Positions 1-13,271 of a stretch of DNA of 64,000 nucleotides are shown in pieces. This stretch comes from Camelus ferus. Its lineage: Eukaryota. The notes below the pieces were generated by a model. That model saw only the letters and a list, made by a program, of their open reading frames with translations, searched no databases and was not told the origin of the DNA. The stretch is from NCBI RefSeq assembly GCF_009834535.1, contig NC_045697.1, positions 59,832,001 through 59,896,000 of the forward strand, given 5' to 3'. The translations under genes were made by a program, and so were the position numbers. Each line of letters opens with the position of its first letter. Positions within the stretch are counted from its first letter, which is position 1.

Positions 1-2645
1 ACAGGGGAATTCTATCATTTAGAGAACAGTTAATGCCTATCCTTCTGAAACTATTCCAAAAAATTGCAGAGGAAGGAATATTTCTGAACTCATTCTTTGA
101 GGCCACCATCATCCTGATACCAAAACCAGACAAAGATATCACAAAAAAAGAAAATCACAGGCCAATATTGTTTATGAATACAGATGCAAAAATCTTCAAC
201 AAAATACTAGCAGATAGATTCCAATAATATATTAAAAGGATCATAAACCATGATCAAGTGAGATTTATCCCAGGGTGCAAGGATTTTTTAATATCTTCAA
301 ATCAATCAATGTGATACAGCACATTAACAAATTGAAGAATAAAAACCATATGATCATCTCAGTTGATGCAGAAAAATCTTTTGATAAAATTCAACATCCA
401 TGTATGATAAAAACTCTCCAGAAAGTGGGCATAAAGGGAACATACCTCAACATAATAAAGGTTATATATGACAAACCCACAGCTAATGTCATACTTAATG
501 GTAAGAAGTTGAAAGATTTCCTCTGAGATCAGAAACAAGACCCAGATGCCCACTCTTGTCATTTTTTTCAAGGAAGTTTTGGATGTCCTAGTCACAGCAA
601 TCAGAGAAGAAAAAGAAATAAAAGGAATCCAAATTGGGAAAGAAATAAAAACTGTTTGCAGGTGACATAATACTATACATAGAAAATCCTAAAGATGCAA
701 CCAGAAAACTACTAGAGCTCATCAATAAATTCAGTAAAGTTGCAGGATACAAAATTGCATACAGAGATTAGTTCCATTTCTATATACTAACAATGAAACA
801 CCAGAAAAAAAAAGTTAAGGAAACAATCCCATTTATCATCACATCAAAAACAATAAAATATCTAGGAATAAACCTACCTAAGGATGCAAAGAACCTGTAC
901 TCTGAAAACTATGACACTAAGAAGAGAAATTGAAGACAATAAAAACAGATGGAAAGATACACCATGTTCCTGGATTGGAAGACTCAATATTGTTAAAATG
1001 GCCATACTACCCAAGACAATATACATGTTCAATGCAAATCCCTATCAATTACTAATGACATTTTTCACAGAACTGGAACAAAACATTTTAAAATTTGTAT
1101 AGAAACACAAAAGACCATGAAGGGCCAAAACAATCTTGATAAAGAAGATCAGAGGTGGAGGAATCATGCTTCATGTCTTCAGATTATACTACAAGGCTAC
1201 AGTAATCAAAACAGTATGGTACTGACACAAAAATAGATACAGATTAATGGAACAAGATAGAAAGTTCAGAAATATACCCATGCATTAATGGTCAATTAAT
1301 CTACATCAAAGAGGTAAGACTATACAATGGAGAAAAAAGCAGTCTTTTCTATAAGTGGTGCTAGGTAAACTGGACAACTACATGTAAAAGGAGGAAATTA
1401 GATCATTCTCTAACACCTATACAAAAATAAACTCAAAATGGATTAAAGACCAAAATATAAGGCCATATACTATAAAACTCCCAGAGGAAACTTCATAGGC
1501 AGAATACTCCTTGACAAAAATTGCAGCAATTTTTTTTTTTGAACTAGCTCCTAAAGTAATGGAAATAAAAGCAAAAATAAATGAATGGGACCTAATTAAA
1601 CTTAAAAGCTTTTGCACAATACAGGAAACCACAAACAAAACAAAAAGACAACCTACAGAATGGGATAAAATAATTGCAAGTGACACGACCAACAGGGGAA
1701 TAATTTCCAAGACATACAAACAGCTCATACAGCTTAATATCAAAAAAACCAAACAACCTAATCAAAAAATGGGCAGAAGACCTAAATAGACATTTCTTCA
1801 AAGAAGACATCTAGATGCCTAGCAGACTCATGAAAAGATGCTCAATATCGCTAATTATGAGAGAAATGCAAATCAAAACTACAATGAGGTATCACATTAC
1901 ACCAGTCAGAATGGTCATCATTAAAAAGTCTACAAATAATATATACTGGAGAGGGTGTGGAGTAAAGGGAACCTTCCTACACTGTTGGTGTGAATGTAAA
2001 CTGGTGCAGCCACTATGGAGGATAGTATGGAGTTTCCTTTAAAAATTCAAAATAGACATACCCTATGATCCAATAATCCCACTCTTGGGCATATATGCAG
2101 AGAAAACTATAATTCAAAAATACATATGCACCCCAACGTTCATAGCAGCATTTTTTAAATAGCCAAGACATGGAAACAATCCAAACATCCATCAACAGAT
2201 GACTGGATAAAGAAGATGTGGTATGCATTACACACACACACACACAATGGAATATTACTCAGTCTTAAAAAAAGAATAAAATAATGCCATTTGCAGCAAC
2301 ATGGTTGGACCTAGAGATTATTATATTAATTGAAGTAAGCCAAAAAGAGAAAGACAAATATCATATGATACCACTTACATGTAGAATCTAAAAAAAAGAT
2401 ACATATCTTATTTATAAACCAAAAATAGACTCATGAACCTAGAAATCAAACTATGGTTACCAAAGAGAAGAGTTGGGGAAGGATAAATTAGGAGTTTGGT
2501 ATTAACAGATATACATTACTATGTATAAAATAGATAAACAACAAAAACCTACTATATAGCACAGGAAATTATATTCAATTCCTTGTAATAACATATAATG
2601 AGAAAGAATCTTAAAAAATTCATGTGTGTATATGTATAACTGAAT
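1..2645 (+). mobile_element. LINE-1, 3' part: disrupted ORF2 (RT and C-terminal domain) plus 3'-UTR; cetartiodactyl-type; runs off the window start
   Basis: ORF pieces [73 protein letters not shown] and [24 protein letters not shown] are L1 ORF2 motifs broken by stops and frameshifts; L1 3'-UTR from about 2230 to 2645. Confidence 0.97.
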
Positions 2646-4095
2646 GTTATTTTTGATTAGTGTAGATCTTTAGGTTGACTTTTTTTCTTTCAGTTCTTTT
2701 AACATGTTACGCTGTTGTCTTCTAGCTTGCATTGGTTTTGTCAAGAGATCTTCAGTCAGCCTCATATTTCTCCTGTTTCCTTTTTCTTTTCTGGTTACTT
2801 TTGAGGCATATTTTTTCTTTAGCACTGGTTTAGGTCAATTTAATTATGATCTGCCTTGGTGCAATTTTTCTTATTTTTCTTAAACTTCTTGGATATGTGA
2901 GTTTACATATTTCCTTAAAATTTTAAAATTTTCATCAATTTTTCTTCAAATATATATTTTTTCCTCTTCATACAAATGCTTTCCCTTGTTGGGAGACACA
3001 AATTATATTAGATCATTTGAAGTTGTTCCACAGATTACTGACTTCCATTAATTTCTATTTATTTTAAATTTGTTTTCTGTTTCATTTTTAATATTTTATT
3101 GCTATGTCTATAAGTTCACTGTTCATTTCTTCTTCAATCTCTACTCAATATAGAGAACTTTTCCTCTTGCACGTTGTAATTTTCATCTCTAGAATTTAGA
3201 TTTGTATTCTATTTATATCTTCTGTATCTCTGCTTAACTTTGTGAATATATTGATAGAATTATAATAACTGTTTCAATTTCTGCTAATTCTAACATCTTT
3301 ATTAGTTCTGGGTACGTTTCTATGGATTGACAAATTTTTCATTGTTACAGATGTATTTCCCTATTTATTTGCATGCCTTATAATTTTTTATTGTATACTA
3401 GACATTGTGATTTTTACATTGTTTGGTGCTGGATTATTTTATATTCCTATACAGTTTTTGAGCTTTTTCTTGGATGCTATTAATTTACTTAGAAACAGTT
3501 TGATCCTTTCAGGTCCTGCTTTTTTAGGCCCCACTGTAGAGGCAAGACCCTCAGTGTACTACCCCATGCCTTGTGTGTCATGAGGTTTTCCAGTCTAACT
3601 GATGGGAACAGACACTATTCCCAGTCTTGCATGAATATCAGATACTCTTGTCTAAAACCTGTTTGAGTACTTCTTTTCTTAGTTCTGGGTGGATGCTTTA
3701 CCCTTATGTGCTCATCAATAGTCAGCTGAATACTCAAAGAGAAAAATTTCTAGATTTTTGAAATTTTCTCTCTGTACTGTTCTCTCCTATTTATAGTTTT
3801 TCTTGTGAAAAAAATAGCTATCTTGATCTTTCTGTAGTCTCAGCTCTGTTTCTACCACTCAGGGAGTACACTGGAGTCTGTCTGGTTTCATGCTCTCTGC
3901 ACCATACCTCTAATCCATCCAAGTCTAAGGCTTTGAATGTTCACTGAGTGCATCTTATTTGTTTCTCATCTCATCTCTCAGGGATCACTAAACTTACCTA
4001 AAACTCAGTGACTTTAAAACCATTGTTTGATATTGCCTGTTTGTTTTAAGCAGGAAGTAAATCTGATCCTCATTACTCTTGAACAGAAACAGAAC
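2646..4095 (-). mobile_element. Old L1M fragment (ORF1/5' region), antisense
   Basis: T-rich sequence with antisense L1 ORF1/5' motifs (ttttttctttcagttcttttaac..gtcttctagcttgcattg..; ttctgctaattctaacatc; ttgtgatttttacattgtttggtgctgga); highly diverged. Confidence 0.7.
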
Positions 4096-4729
4096 TACTT
4101 ATAGGTTTTTGGTATTTGCATTTTTCAAGATCAGAAATTATTGGAAACAATGGCATTTTTCTCATATCCTCAACATTCAACTGTTTTCTGTTCTAAGTCA
4201 TTTTAAACCATGAGTTAGGTTCATAGAGGACATGTTTAATCGCAATAGGAATGGTAAAAGTGATTGCTCAGCCCTTAGGTTAACAGGCTATTTTCCAAAT
4301 AAATCATTATCATTATTAATTACTATGGGTGCTATTGCAGTGGCAGCACCATCCATCTCATTAGGCATGTCAGTAAGCTAGGTGTCACCGCTGACATCTA
4401 CTTTCCATCATCCTTATTCATTTATTGCCAAGTTCAGTCAATTTATACCATAAATTTTTTCAAAATCTTTGACGTGTCTCAATATCCACAACCAAAATCT
4501 GCCGCCATCTGTCACCTTTCCTTATCCACTCTTACATTCTTTATAGCTGTTTCTTCAGACTGTGATCAGAGGCAACTTTTTGACACAAATCTTTGATCAT
4601 ATTAGCATCTTATTTTAAACACATTATTGACTTCTCTTGCCTTTAGAAAAATTATTAAAATGCTTAAGAAGTCCTATAAAACCATTGTTTTAAAATTAAT
4701 TTAATTTTAACTTTAAAGACTCAACCTTA

Positions 4730-4920
4730 ATATGATACATTTCTCCTTGTCACTAATCACAACTGTAATTTTATATTAATTTGTGTGATTGATTGATTGA
4801 TTAGTATTTACCTCCCCAGAAGCTTATAAACAAAGCATTTGCTTATTTTCAAATTTCCCAAACTTACTAGAGTGCTTGACACATTTTAGCAATAATTAAA
4901 GATGCATTGATTGAATCATA
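4730..4920 (+). mobile_element. L2 3' end fragment
   Basis: ctagagtgcttgacacat..aataattaaagatgcattgattgaat resembles the L2 terminus. Confidence 0.45.
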
Positions 4921-4979
4921 CAACTTATTCATTATATTAGAGCAATTATAAATATATGTATAATAATATAATAAAACAA

Positions 4980-5195
4980 TTTTGAATACTTTGCAAGGCA
5001 CTGTGCCAAATCATTTACATAAATCATCTTATTTCATACTTAAATTCAACTGGTGAACTATTATTTAAACTATATATAAAGAGGAAAATGGTTCAGAGAT
5101 ATTAAGAAACTTGCTCAGTGTCTAACAGCCAGTAGAAAGCAGAATGGAATTTAAATGAAGATTTGTCCTACTCAAATATATACCCTTTCAGGCAC
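4980..5195 (-). mobile_element. MIR SINE
   Basis: aggcactgtgccaaatcatttaca..gaggaaaatggttcagagatattaagaaacttgctcagtg matches the MIR core in antisense. Confidence 0.7.
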
Positions 5196-7329
5196 TACAA
5201 TATAGTCCGTTTTCCCTGTATAAAATCTGAATAAACTGACAATCAGCTTTTGCAAATAAAAATCTTTGCCACAGACTTCTGGTTCATCTATGGGCAAAGT
5301 TCTCACGTGCACACATTCTGCTGTCATTCTGTAATAATCCACCCACTGGAAGATATTTAGAAATCATGTAATGTGACATTTCTGACAGTTTCCCCAATGT
5401 ACAATTACAGTATAATGAGGGAATAATGAGACTGGGATACCTGATTAAAAATTAAAGGCCTGTGTTCAGCTGTAAATATATGCAGACCTTCAGAGTTTTA
5501 AATGTAAGAAATAAAAAGCCACTTGGAATCATTCAGGGTCAATGCAGTATAAGGAAGAGGGAAACTGTGGGATATGGTTCTTCTAGATGAGACCCTTAGT
5601 AAATGAATGTCCTTTATATTAGCAGGTAATATTGCTTCTCCTCACTCACAAAGTTGGGTGTGTCAAATAGTGAATAAAATAATCTTCAGGAAAATGTTCT
5701 ATTGTTGCTGTTGTGTTCTAATTTTTTTTTTCTTACACTTAGGGAGAACAAATATCCAAATCACAAACACAGAGTAAGGTCATTTAAGAAGAAAATCTTT
5801 AAATGACTACATCCTATTTTTCTGGTAAAAATTCTAGCAGTTTACAGAAGTTCCTTCTGATTATTTTTTCTAATAAACTCAAGGATTTCTGTAACTTGCC
5901 CATAATGTACTATACCCACTGGGATGACCTGAATCTAGGTATATGCTTGAGGTCCAATTCTGTCACCTATCACTTCAGGAAATTCTAATTCAAATATTAT
6001 TTGTATCTTGTGGCTCGTTTGTGAACTTCTGTATTGCTAACACAGCCTGCTAAAACCTTGACAATTCATAGAGCTGAGGCTCTGATCACCTGCTTGCCCC
6101 TTCTCTTTCTCAGAGCAAACTCCGCCATCGCTGCCATGAATGCCGATCTTAGAATATTACCCAGGCTGTAATAGGTTTGAGGTCACTCAACACTCCTCTC
6201 CTTTGGTCTGCTTCCAATACAGGATATACAACCAAAGAAAACAGTTAAATGGAAAATATTGTGGTAAAAAATGTCCAAGATTCTGGTTTCCCAGTAGAAA
6301 GATATAATCAAAGCTAGATTAGAAAACATGGCTTTTACTTGATATTAAGTGGGGCCTCCTGCTTATTACTCTAAAAAGAAAATCTGTGTTCATTTGCTCA
6401 GGTGTGCCTATATATTATGAGAAAACAGTAGCTCTAATGGGCAGACTTCAAGACTGGCCAGCTGCATTACTTACCTTGCTTCAAAAGAGAAAGAAAGTAC
6501 TTGGAGAGTAGCCAAATCTGGCAAAATAGGCCACGCCAGATGTGCTTTGCCACATAGAAGTAAAGAAGTTAAAGTCCGTAAAAGGAGATACTATGCATTA
6601 GCTTCACTTATATTTCATGTATTAATAGGATTCTTGCCCATTAGTGTGCCCATTGCCTCAGTCAGGCTTTCGTCAATAACACTAGGAGCCCCCATCATGG
6701 GGGGGGATAAATAAGAGGATTAAAAGGGGAATTTCCTCCAAATCTGATGTGTAGTCAGATGGCCATCCATGGGCCAGGACTGCAATGTGAGGATACTGAA
6801 AGGAGCACGAACATTTCTCCCTATACTATTGCAATATACTATTGATTACTTGAGGCAGTTTCTTCCCTCTGACTACATTTAATATGAGATATTCTATCGT
6901 AAAACTTCCTAGAAAAGGGCAAGTTCATAGTTTATAGCATTAGAGAAATAATTTTTTAAATTCACACACAGAGAGCCATTGCCCTTCAAGTGCAAGTAAT
7001 TGGGCTGGATTTGGTTCTAGAGTCAGTTTTACACAGTGCCAGAAACAGTCACTCTGTCTGACAGCTTGAGATCCAGTGCTAAATTAAGAACATCATAGTG
7101 CCTGGACTACCCCATCGCATAAATAGCTACTAACTAGAGTACATTAATTTTTAAGTGGTCCATGAATCTATTCTTATAATCTGTCTTGGGACCGGTGTCT
7201 GGGCACAGTGTGAGGTGGCAGGATCATTATCAAGATCTTGTACATTTGCCCTCAAGAGGAATCTCTACCTATCTTGTATTTAAGTGATGAGATACACTGA
7301 AATGCTGTCAGCGGCTAACATATTAAACA

Positions 7330-8050
7330 CTTTACGTTTTGCCCTATCTTGTGACCTGTGTTGGCATGCATTATCTCCTTTAATGTTCACAACAAACTTA
7401 AGATTTCAAATATAATTCTTATTTTATGGTTAGGTGTGATGGATAATTTTGGTGTCAACTTGACCAGGCTAAAGGATTTTTTACCTAGAAAGCTGGTAAA
7501 ATATTTCTGGGTGTGTCTGTGAGGGTGTTTCTGGAAGAGATTAGCATTTGAATTGGTGCACTGAAGGAAAAAGACGACCCTCACCAATGCAGGTGGGCAT
7601 CATCCAGTCCACTGAGGACATAAACAGAACAAAACGGCAGAGGAAGGGTGAATTTGTTCTCTTGCTTGAGCTGGGACATTCATCTTCTCCCAACTTCAGA
7701 CATTTGTGCACCTTTGGACTCAGACTGGGACTTACTATTATTGGTTCTCCTGGTACTCAGGATTTCAGGTTAGAACTCGAACTACACCAGTAGCTTTCTT
7801 GGGACTCTAGTGTGCAGACAGCAAATCAAGGGACTCCTTGGTCTCCATAATTGTACAAACCAGTCCCTCACAGTAGACATCTTTCTATATAAATGTATAT
7901 TTAGCCTATGCCCTCTGTTTCTCTGGAGAACCCTGACTAATACAATGGGGGAACTAAAGCTTAGAGAAAAGAAGCAATTTGGCCAAAATAATATAATCAA
8001 TAATTAATGGACCCAGAACTGAAACTGCAGATCCAAGGGCAATAGACACT
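7330..8050 (-). mobile_element. MIR SINE split by an MLT2 LTR (pieces about 7330-7434 and 7945-8050)
   Basis: attcttattttatgg before the LTR continues as atgggggaactaaagcttagagaaaagaagcaatttggccaaa after it, the MIR core in antisense. Confidence 0.55.
7435..7944 (+). mobile_element. MLT2 (ERVL) solo LTR
   Basis: Begins TGTGATGGATAATTTTGGTGTCAACTTGAC and ends CTCTGGAGAACCCTGACTAATACA, the typical MLT2 termini (TG...CA). Confidence 0.92.
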
Positions 8051-9701
8051 ATTTAGCTACATCAGTAAAATTGATGCCTCAATCGGGCATGGATGAAACC
8101 AACTCCACCTACCAATTGTGTAATTCTAAATTCCTTGTCAAATAATTTTTTAAATATCCTTTTATAGTTACAATATTATAAAATAATCATATGTATGTGA
8201 CACAGCTAATTATAAGTGCACATATATTATTTGGGGCAGTAAGTGGTTTTAGCTGACCAAAAACTTGCTTTTTTTTTTTTTTTCCATTCAGAAACATTGT
8301 GTTTCATCATCTGAAAATAGAAGTTTATACATGCTTGTTTTTTCTTGCTTTAGACCTGGAACTGATTTCAAGGATGTGACAACTAGATCTCACAGCTTGA
8401 AATCTGCTATGTCTAGCCTTAGATGTAAAGATTTTGAAGGGACTTTATTGTCCAAGAAAACTTCAATACTTGGGCTGTTGCAAAGTAAGTAGAGACATTT
8501 AGGAGGAGCAATAACTTTTCTCATTGAGAAAGGAGGATTGGTGGAATATTAGGATGTTATAGGTGTTATTTTTGTTTTAAATATGTTATTTGGGTTTGAG
8601 TCATATCATACTCCTGGTACAACATCCAAGTACTTTTCTGTAAGTGAAGCATAGGTAAACACTCAGGGGCAAGCTTAGGTATCACATATAAAATATAGTA
8701 AACAAAACTGTCCTTCAAGGGTAGAGTCACTGCTAGAGAGAACCGTCATAATAAGTCAAGCAGGAGAGAGCACACATTCTGATTTAGAAAGTTATTTGTC
8801 TATATGTGTGGCCACTCCAATAAATCACAAGACTATCTATGGTTATACAATGCAACATTGATGAATGGCTAACTTATTATAAATGCTTAGGAATTAACAT
8901 AGACTTAAGAAGTTCAAAAATTTAATGGTGGGATGACTTCACTTACATTCCTTATTGAGTGTCAGGTACTATTCTAAGCACTATATGAATTAATCCATGC
9001 AAAGCTCTGGTAGCACAAATTTGTGCTAAAAATGTGACTGATCTACTAATGCCTTTCTTCAACATAAAAGTGTCTTTGCCAGTAGTGAACAAACTGAAAT
9101 GGCTAGATGCCAGGCTTAGGGAGCTGAGTAAAGGCTGCAAGTTGATATTCAACGGAATGAAGCACCAATGTTAAAGGCATAGTTTCAACAGATAAAGACT
9201 GGAGCATATACCTTAGTCTCTGTTTTCTCTCGCCTCCATTTCAGTAGATGCTCTGCTCTCAGACCCAGTGACTTATCAAATACTGAAGGGCAAGTGTCCT
9301 ATAGGACTGATTATCTAGATGTTGTGTGGAAGCCCAGTTATGGGAACTTAGAAATATGAATCCCAGCTGGAGGAAATACCAGATCTAAGCTGAATGCAAT
9401 TACCTACATAATGAATTACAGGTATTATTTCAAGAAACTAAACAGAAGACACAACTGATAGAGCTGGAGACAGACCCTTGTGAGTGATCCTATAGAGATC
9501 ATGAATTAAAATCATTTAGAAAAGATATTTCCACTAAGGAATTATCACTAAACCTGCCCTGAGGTAAGAACTGGCACTGGCAGGTGAACAACTGGATTAT
9601 TTAAATTTTTAAATTGCCATTTTCCCCCATTAAAATCTTTAAATATAAAAATTCTTTCTTCTTATTGTAAAGAATGGCATCCCTGAAGAAGTACACTAGA
9701 G

Positions 9702-9917
9702 CAATGATTCTTAACTAAGAGCAATTTCTCCCTCAAAGGATATTTGGCAATGTCTGGAGAGATTTTTGGTTGTAACAACGGTGGAGTGGGTGTGGTTAGC
9801 ATGTACTGGGTAGAGGATAGGGTTAGTGCTAAATATTCCACAGTTCACAGTACAGCTCCTCCCACAAGAGCATTATTCAGCCCCAAACACGAAAAGTACC
9901 TAGGTTGAGAAACCATG
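9702..9917 (+). mobile_element. MER20 hAT-Charlie DNA transposon relic, full length
   Basis: ggatatttggcaatgtctggagagatttttggttgtaacaac core; TIR remnants caatgattctt / gagaaaccatg; 8-bp TSD cactagag / cactaaag. Confidence 0.88.
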
Positions 9918-10359
9918 CACTAAAGTAAAATTAATTTTTACATGAGTCACTACTGCTATGATCCATTTATTTTTAACTGTTGTCATCTTTTAGGTAGATA
10001 AACAGTTAACTTGGTAAAATAAGCTGTTTATAAGCAGTTTGAAAATGTTTTATGAAAATTTATAAATCTCTTGCTCTCTTTCTCTCTTCATACACAATAC
10101 TTATGTATATCAGCATTGGGATTAATATTTAAAAATTGATTTTATTTTTAGCAAGCCCATTAGACTATAAGCTCTTAACTGTTTGTGTGGTCTCATTTAT
10201 ATTCCCAAATCCTAACAAAAGTTTTTCTTCCTGAAAATAAAGTATGTGTAAAATAGACAAACAGATGATCCGAGCTTATGTTTTGTGTATGTTGTATGCA
10301 GATGGAGAAAAAAGTGATAGCAAACTAATGAAGTAAGTAATAAAGTATGATAGTTCTGA

Positions 10360-10575
10360 TTATGATTTAGACCTCCTTGGTTTAATCTTGTTTCCTTTAT
10401 TCTACCAGCAGAGTGATATTGGCAACGTTGTGTAATGCCAATCCCTCAGTGCCTCAATTTGCTCACATATAAAATGGACCTATTATACAAGGTTGTTATA
10501 AGAATTAAGTGATTAATGTGTTTTAAAAACTCATAACAATGCTGGGGCACATAACGCATTTTTAGTTGTTGCCAT
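10360..10575 (+). mobile_element. MIR SINE
   Basis: cagtgcctcaatttgctcacatataaaatgg..ggttgttataagaattaagtgattaatgtg..ggcacata. Confidence 0.8.
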
Positions 10576-12602
10576 CTGTATCCATTCTTCTTCCTAAATT
10601 CTTTTAGATGGTAATGAAATTGGGCAGATCCCAGAACATTCATCTGACCTCAGCATTTCTGCCTGTATGTCTATAAGAAAAATAGAAGTGGTACTTTGTT
10701 CTTTGTAAGGAGTGTGAGAATAGGGCCCATAGCAGATGAAAGACTGAGCTTTTCTTCCAGAACACAGGCAAATCATGAGGCCCTCAAGATGCTGAAGTCT
10801 CAGCATGTAGAAGCCAGTCAATTTCACCAGAAAAATACAGGATTTCACTGTGAAAAAGTTAACAGCAGTAACAGTCATGAGAAAGCTCACACATATGCAC
10901 AATGATTTTCTGAAACAAATGAAATCCCAAGGTTTTCAAATTTTAAAAAGTAGTAGGTCAACTGAAAAACAGGATTTTTACTATTAGGAATAGAAAATTA
11001 CTGAGGAAAATAAAATAATATGTATATATGTATATTAAAAAATGGTATCTTTTCTTTCTGTCTATAATATGTATGCAAATGGAATTCATGTGGGAAAATA
11101 ACAGGCACAGAGAGCAAGTAAAGGAAATCTCAAATGCAAATAAAGAAAACTATGTAACAGAAAAATACTGCAGAGATGGTAATTGACCATTAGAGAATTT
11201 CCCTAAATTGAAGAAAATCTTGGCTTAAAATTTTTTCTAGAAAATTAATTTTAAAGACTTCTTTTAAGGCACAACAGTAATATTTCTACATTTCCTGGAT
11301 AAATGGATGTTTAACCAAACTTCAGACCAAATAAAACTTACTTACAGATATATCATTTGATATACTAGAAGCTAAAGACATTGGGAGAACATCTACAGAC
11401 AGGGAATATGACAGCAACCCCACATCCTTCATCCAGCCAATGTATCTCTTTACTATCGACATCAAAGTGCTACATAGTTAGACATGCAAGAACTCAGAAA
11501 ATATTCACCACTATGTACTGTAATCATATGTCAATTGCATTGGTGCAGATATATAAAGACATAAAAGATACATATAAAGATATAAAAGATACATTGCAAA
11601 CAGTGACTAGTAAGAAGTCTTACACTATCTATGCTTAAATTCAGATGGTAATATTGAAACATAGGTAAAAATAAGTAATTAAGTAATGATTATTAAAACA
11701 GAAGATGAAATATGCAAGACAAAATACATAATAACCCAGAACGAAGACATTTTACATTTTGGTGGTATAATCAGGATAAATTAAGCAAGTAAAATAATTT
11801 TAAATTAAGATTTCATGTTGGGGAGTAGAGCAGCAAAGTAAAAGTATTCAAAATGTTTCATTCTGATGGAAAAGCAGTTGGTGAATAAATCATCTGGATG
11901 AGAGGGTAATCTGAAAGACTAAAGAAATACGGCTCTATTTACTATTGATAAGAAAGGGAAAGATCAGAGCTGAATTTAATAACTAGGAAGAGTAAGAGAT
12001 GAATGAGCAGAAATGTAGCCTGGTAAGAGGTATTATCAAAAGGAACAAAATCAAATGTCAGTTTTTCCACTAAATGCGGACTGGTTGACTCCTTTATCAA
12101 AATGTAGATGTTGTCAGGCTGGGTGTCTAGGCTACGGTGCCCTTTTGTCCAGGGCAAATTTTTGAAGAACTGCAGTGATGCAGGGCCTGAGAGGAATGCG
12201 AATGGGCCCTTCTCAGAGAAGTTACAAACTTTCAGTAAAACTGGAGTCACCAGACTGTTCTCTAGATTATTTGAAGCCTAAATGCTTAATAGAAACTGGC
12301 TGTTGGAACCTGATTATCTTATAATACATCAGCTTCAATTTAGTCTTCAATGCCCTATTTGAAATGTAAAGAAGAACCTAATTCCCCTGGAAATCTATAG
12401 GATTAACTAAATTATCAGCATGTGTTTTAACCACTTGAGGGATGAGAATATTTAACTCTATGTCATCTTTGGCTACAGAACTTCTTCTGCTGGTTCTCAA
12501 AAAGGTGGGAGATAGGTTGAACAAGTTGTGAGCAATGTTCCCTGTGGAAGAAAAAGAAATTGAGTCCCAACTCTAGAATAAAATCAACCTATAAGATTGG
12601 TA

Positions 12603-12826
12603 CGATTTTCCCTTGTTATCCATGGGCCATTTGTTCCAGAACACGACCCCTCCCTGGGGTACTCAGCCAACGTCTGCGGATGCTCAGTCAAGTTCTTTAC
12701 ATAAAACGGCATAGTACCCTGGCCCTTTGTCTTCTGGAGTTCTGCATCCATGGATTCAACCAACGGGATGGAGATTTGATCTGACGTGGTCTGCATCGTT
12801 AGATGCAGGGCGTGGAGGGTCCTCTG
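12603..12826 (+). mobile_element. TcMar-Tigger non-autonomous element (MER2/MER8-like)
   Basis: Follows a TA; cccttgttatccatggg..ttgttccagaac..gcggatgctcag..caagttctttacataaaacggcatagta..ttctgcatccatggattcaaccaac..ggagggtcctctg. Confidence 0.75.
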
Positions 12827-13271
12827 TGTCTTGGAAAAAGGCAATAAGGTAGATGTCATTCATGAGAAACAAACCTAAAAATTAAAGCTAAAGCTTTCAT
12901 TTGCCAAGCAAATGAAAATGAAGGGAAAAAAATCATACATAGCAATATAAATATCAGACAAATTGCAGCTACGGGCCAAAAGCATTCTGTAGGAGAAAGA
13001 GGAGCATGTACTTAAAAAATTTTAAATCCACGAAGATACTAAACACTTATAAACCAATGACAAAAAGCCAAATAAATTTTTAAAAAATTGAAATGCAGGA
13101 CAACTTCATAATCGCACAATTTTAGTGGATAAGTTTAGAATGTAAGAAGCCAAATATACAGAAAAGTGAATATACAGCAGTAACAGGATTTCAATAATGC
13201 ATTATCAAAAAGCTTAAATGTTTATGTGTTTACACTTCAAAAGGGCATTGAAGACTAAATTCAAGCTGATG

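Noticed and set aside
33..2243. ORFs with RT-like peptides as a functional gene
   Set aside because: Fragments of one L1 ORF2 broken by many stops and frameshifts; the minus-strand ORFs are its antisense shadows.
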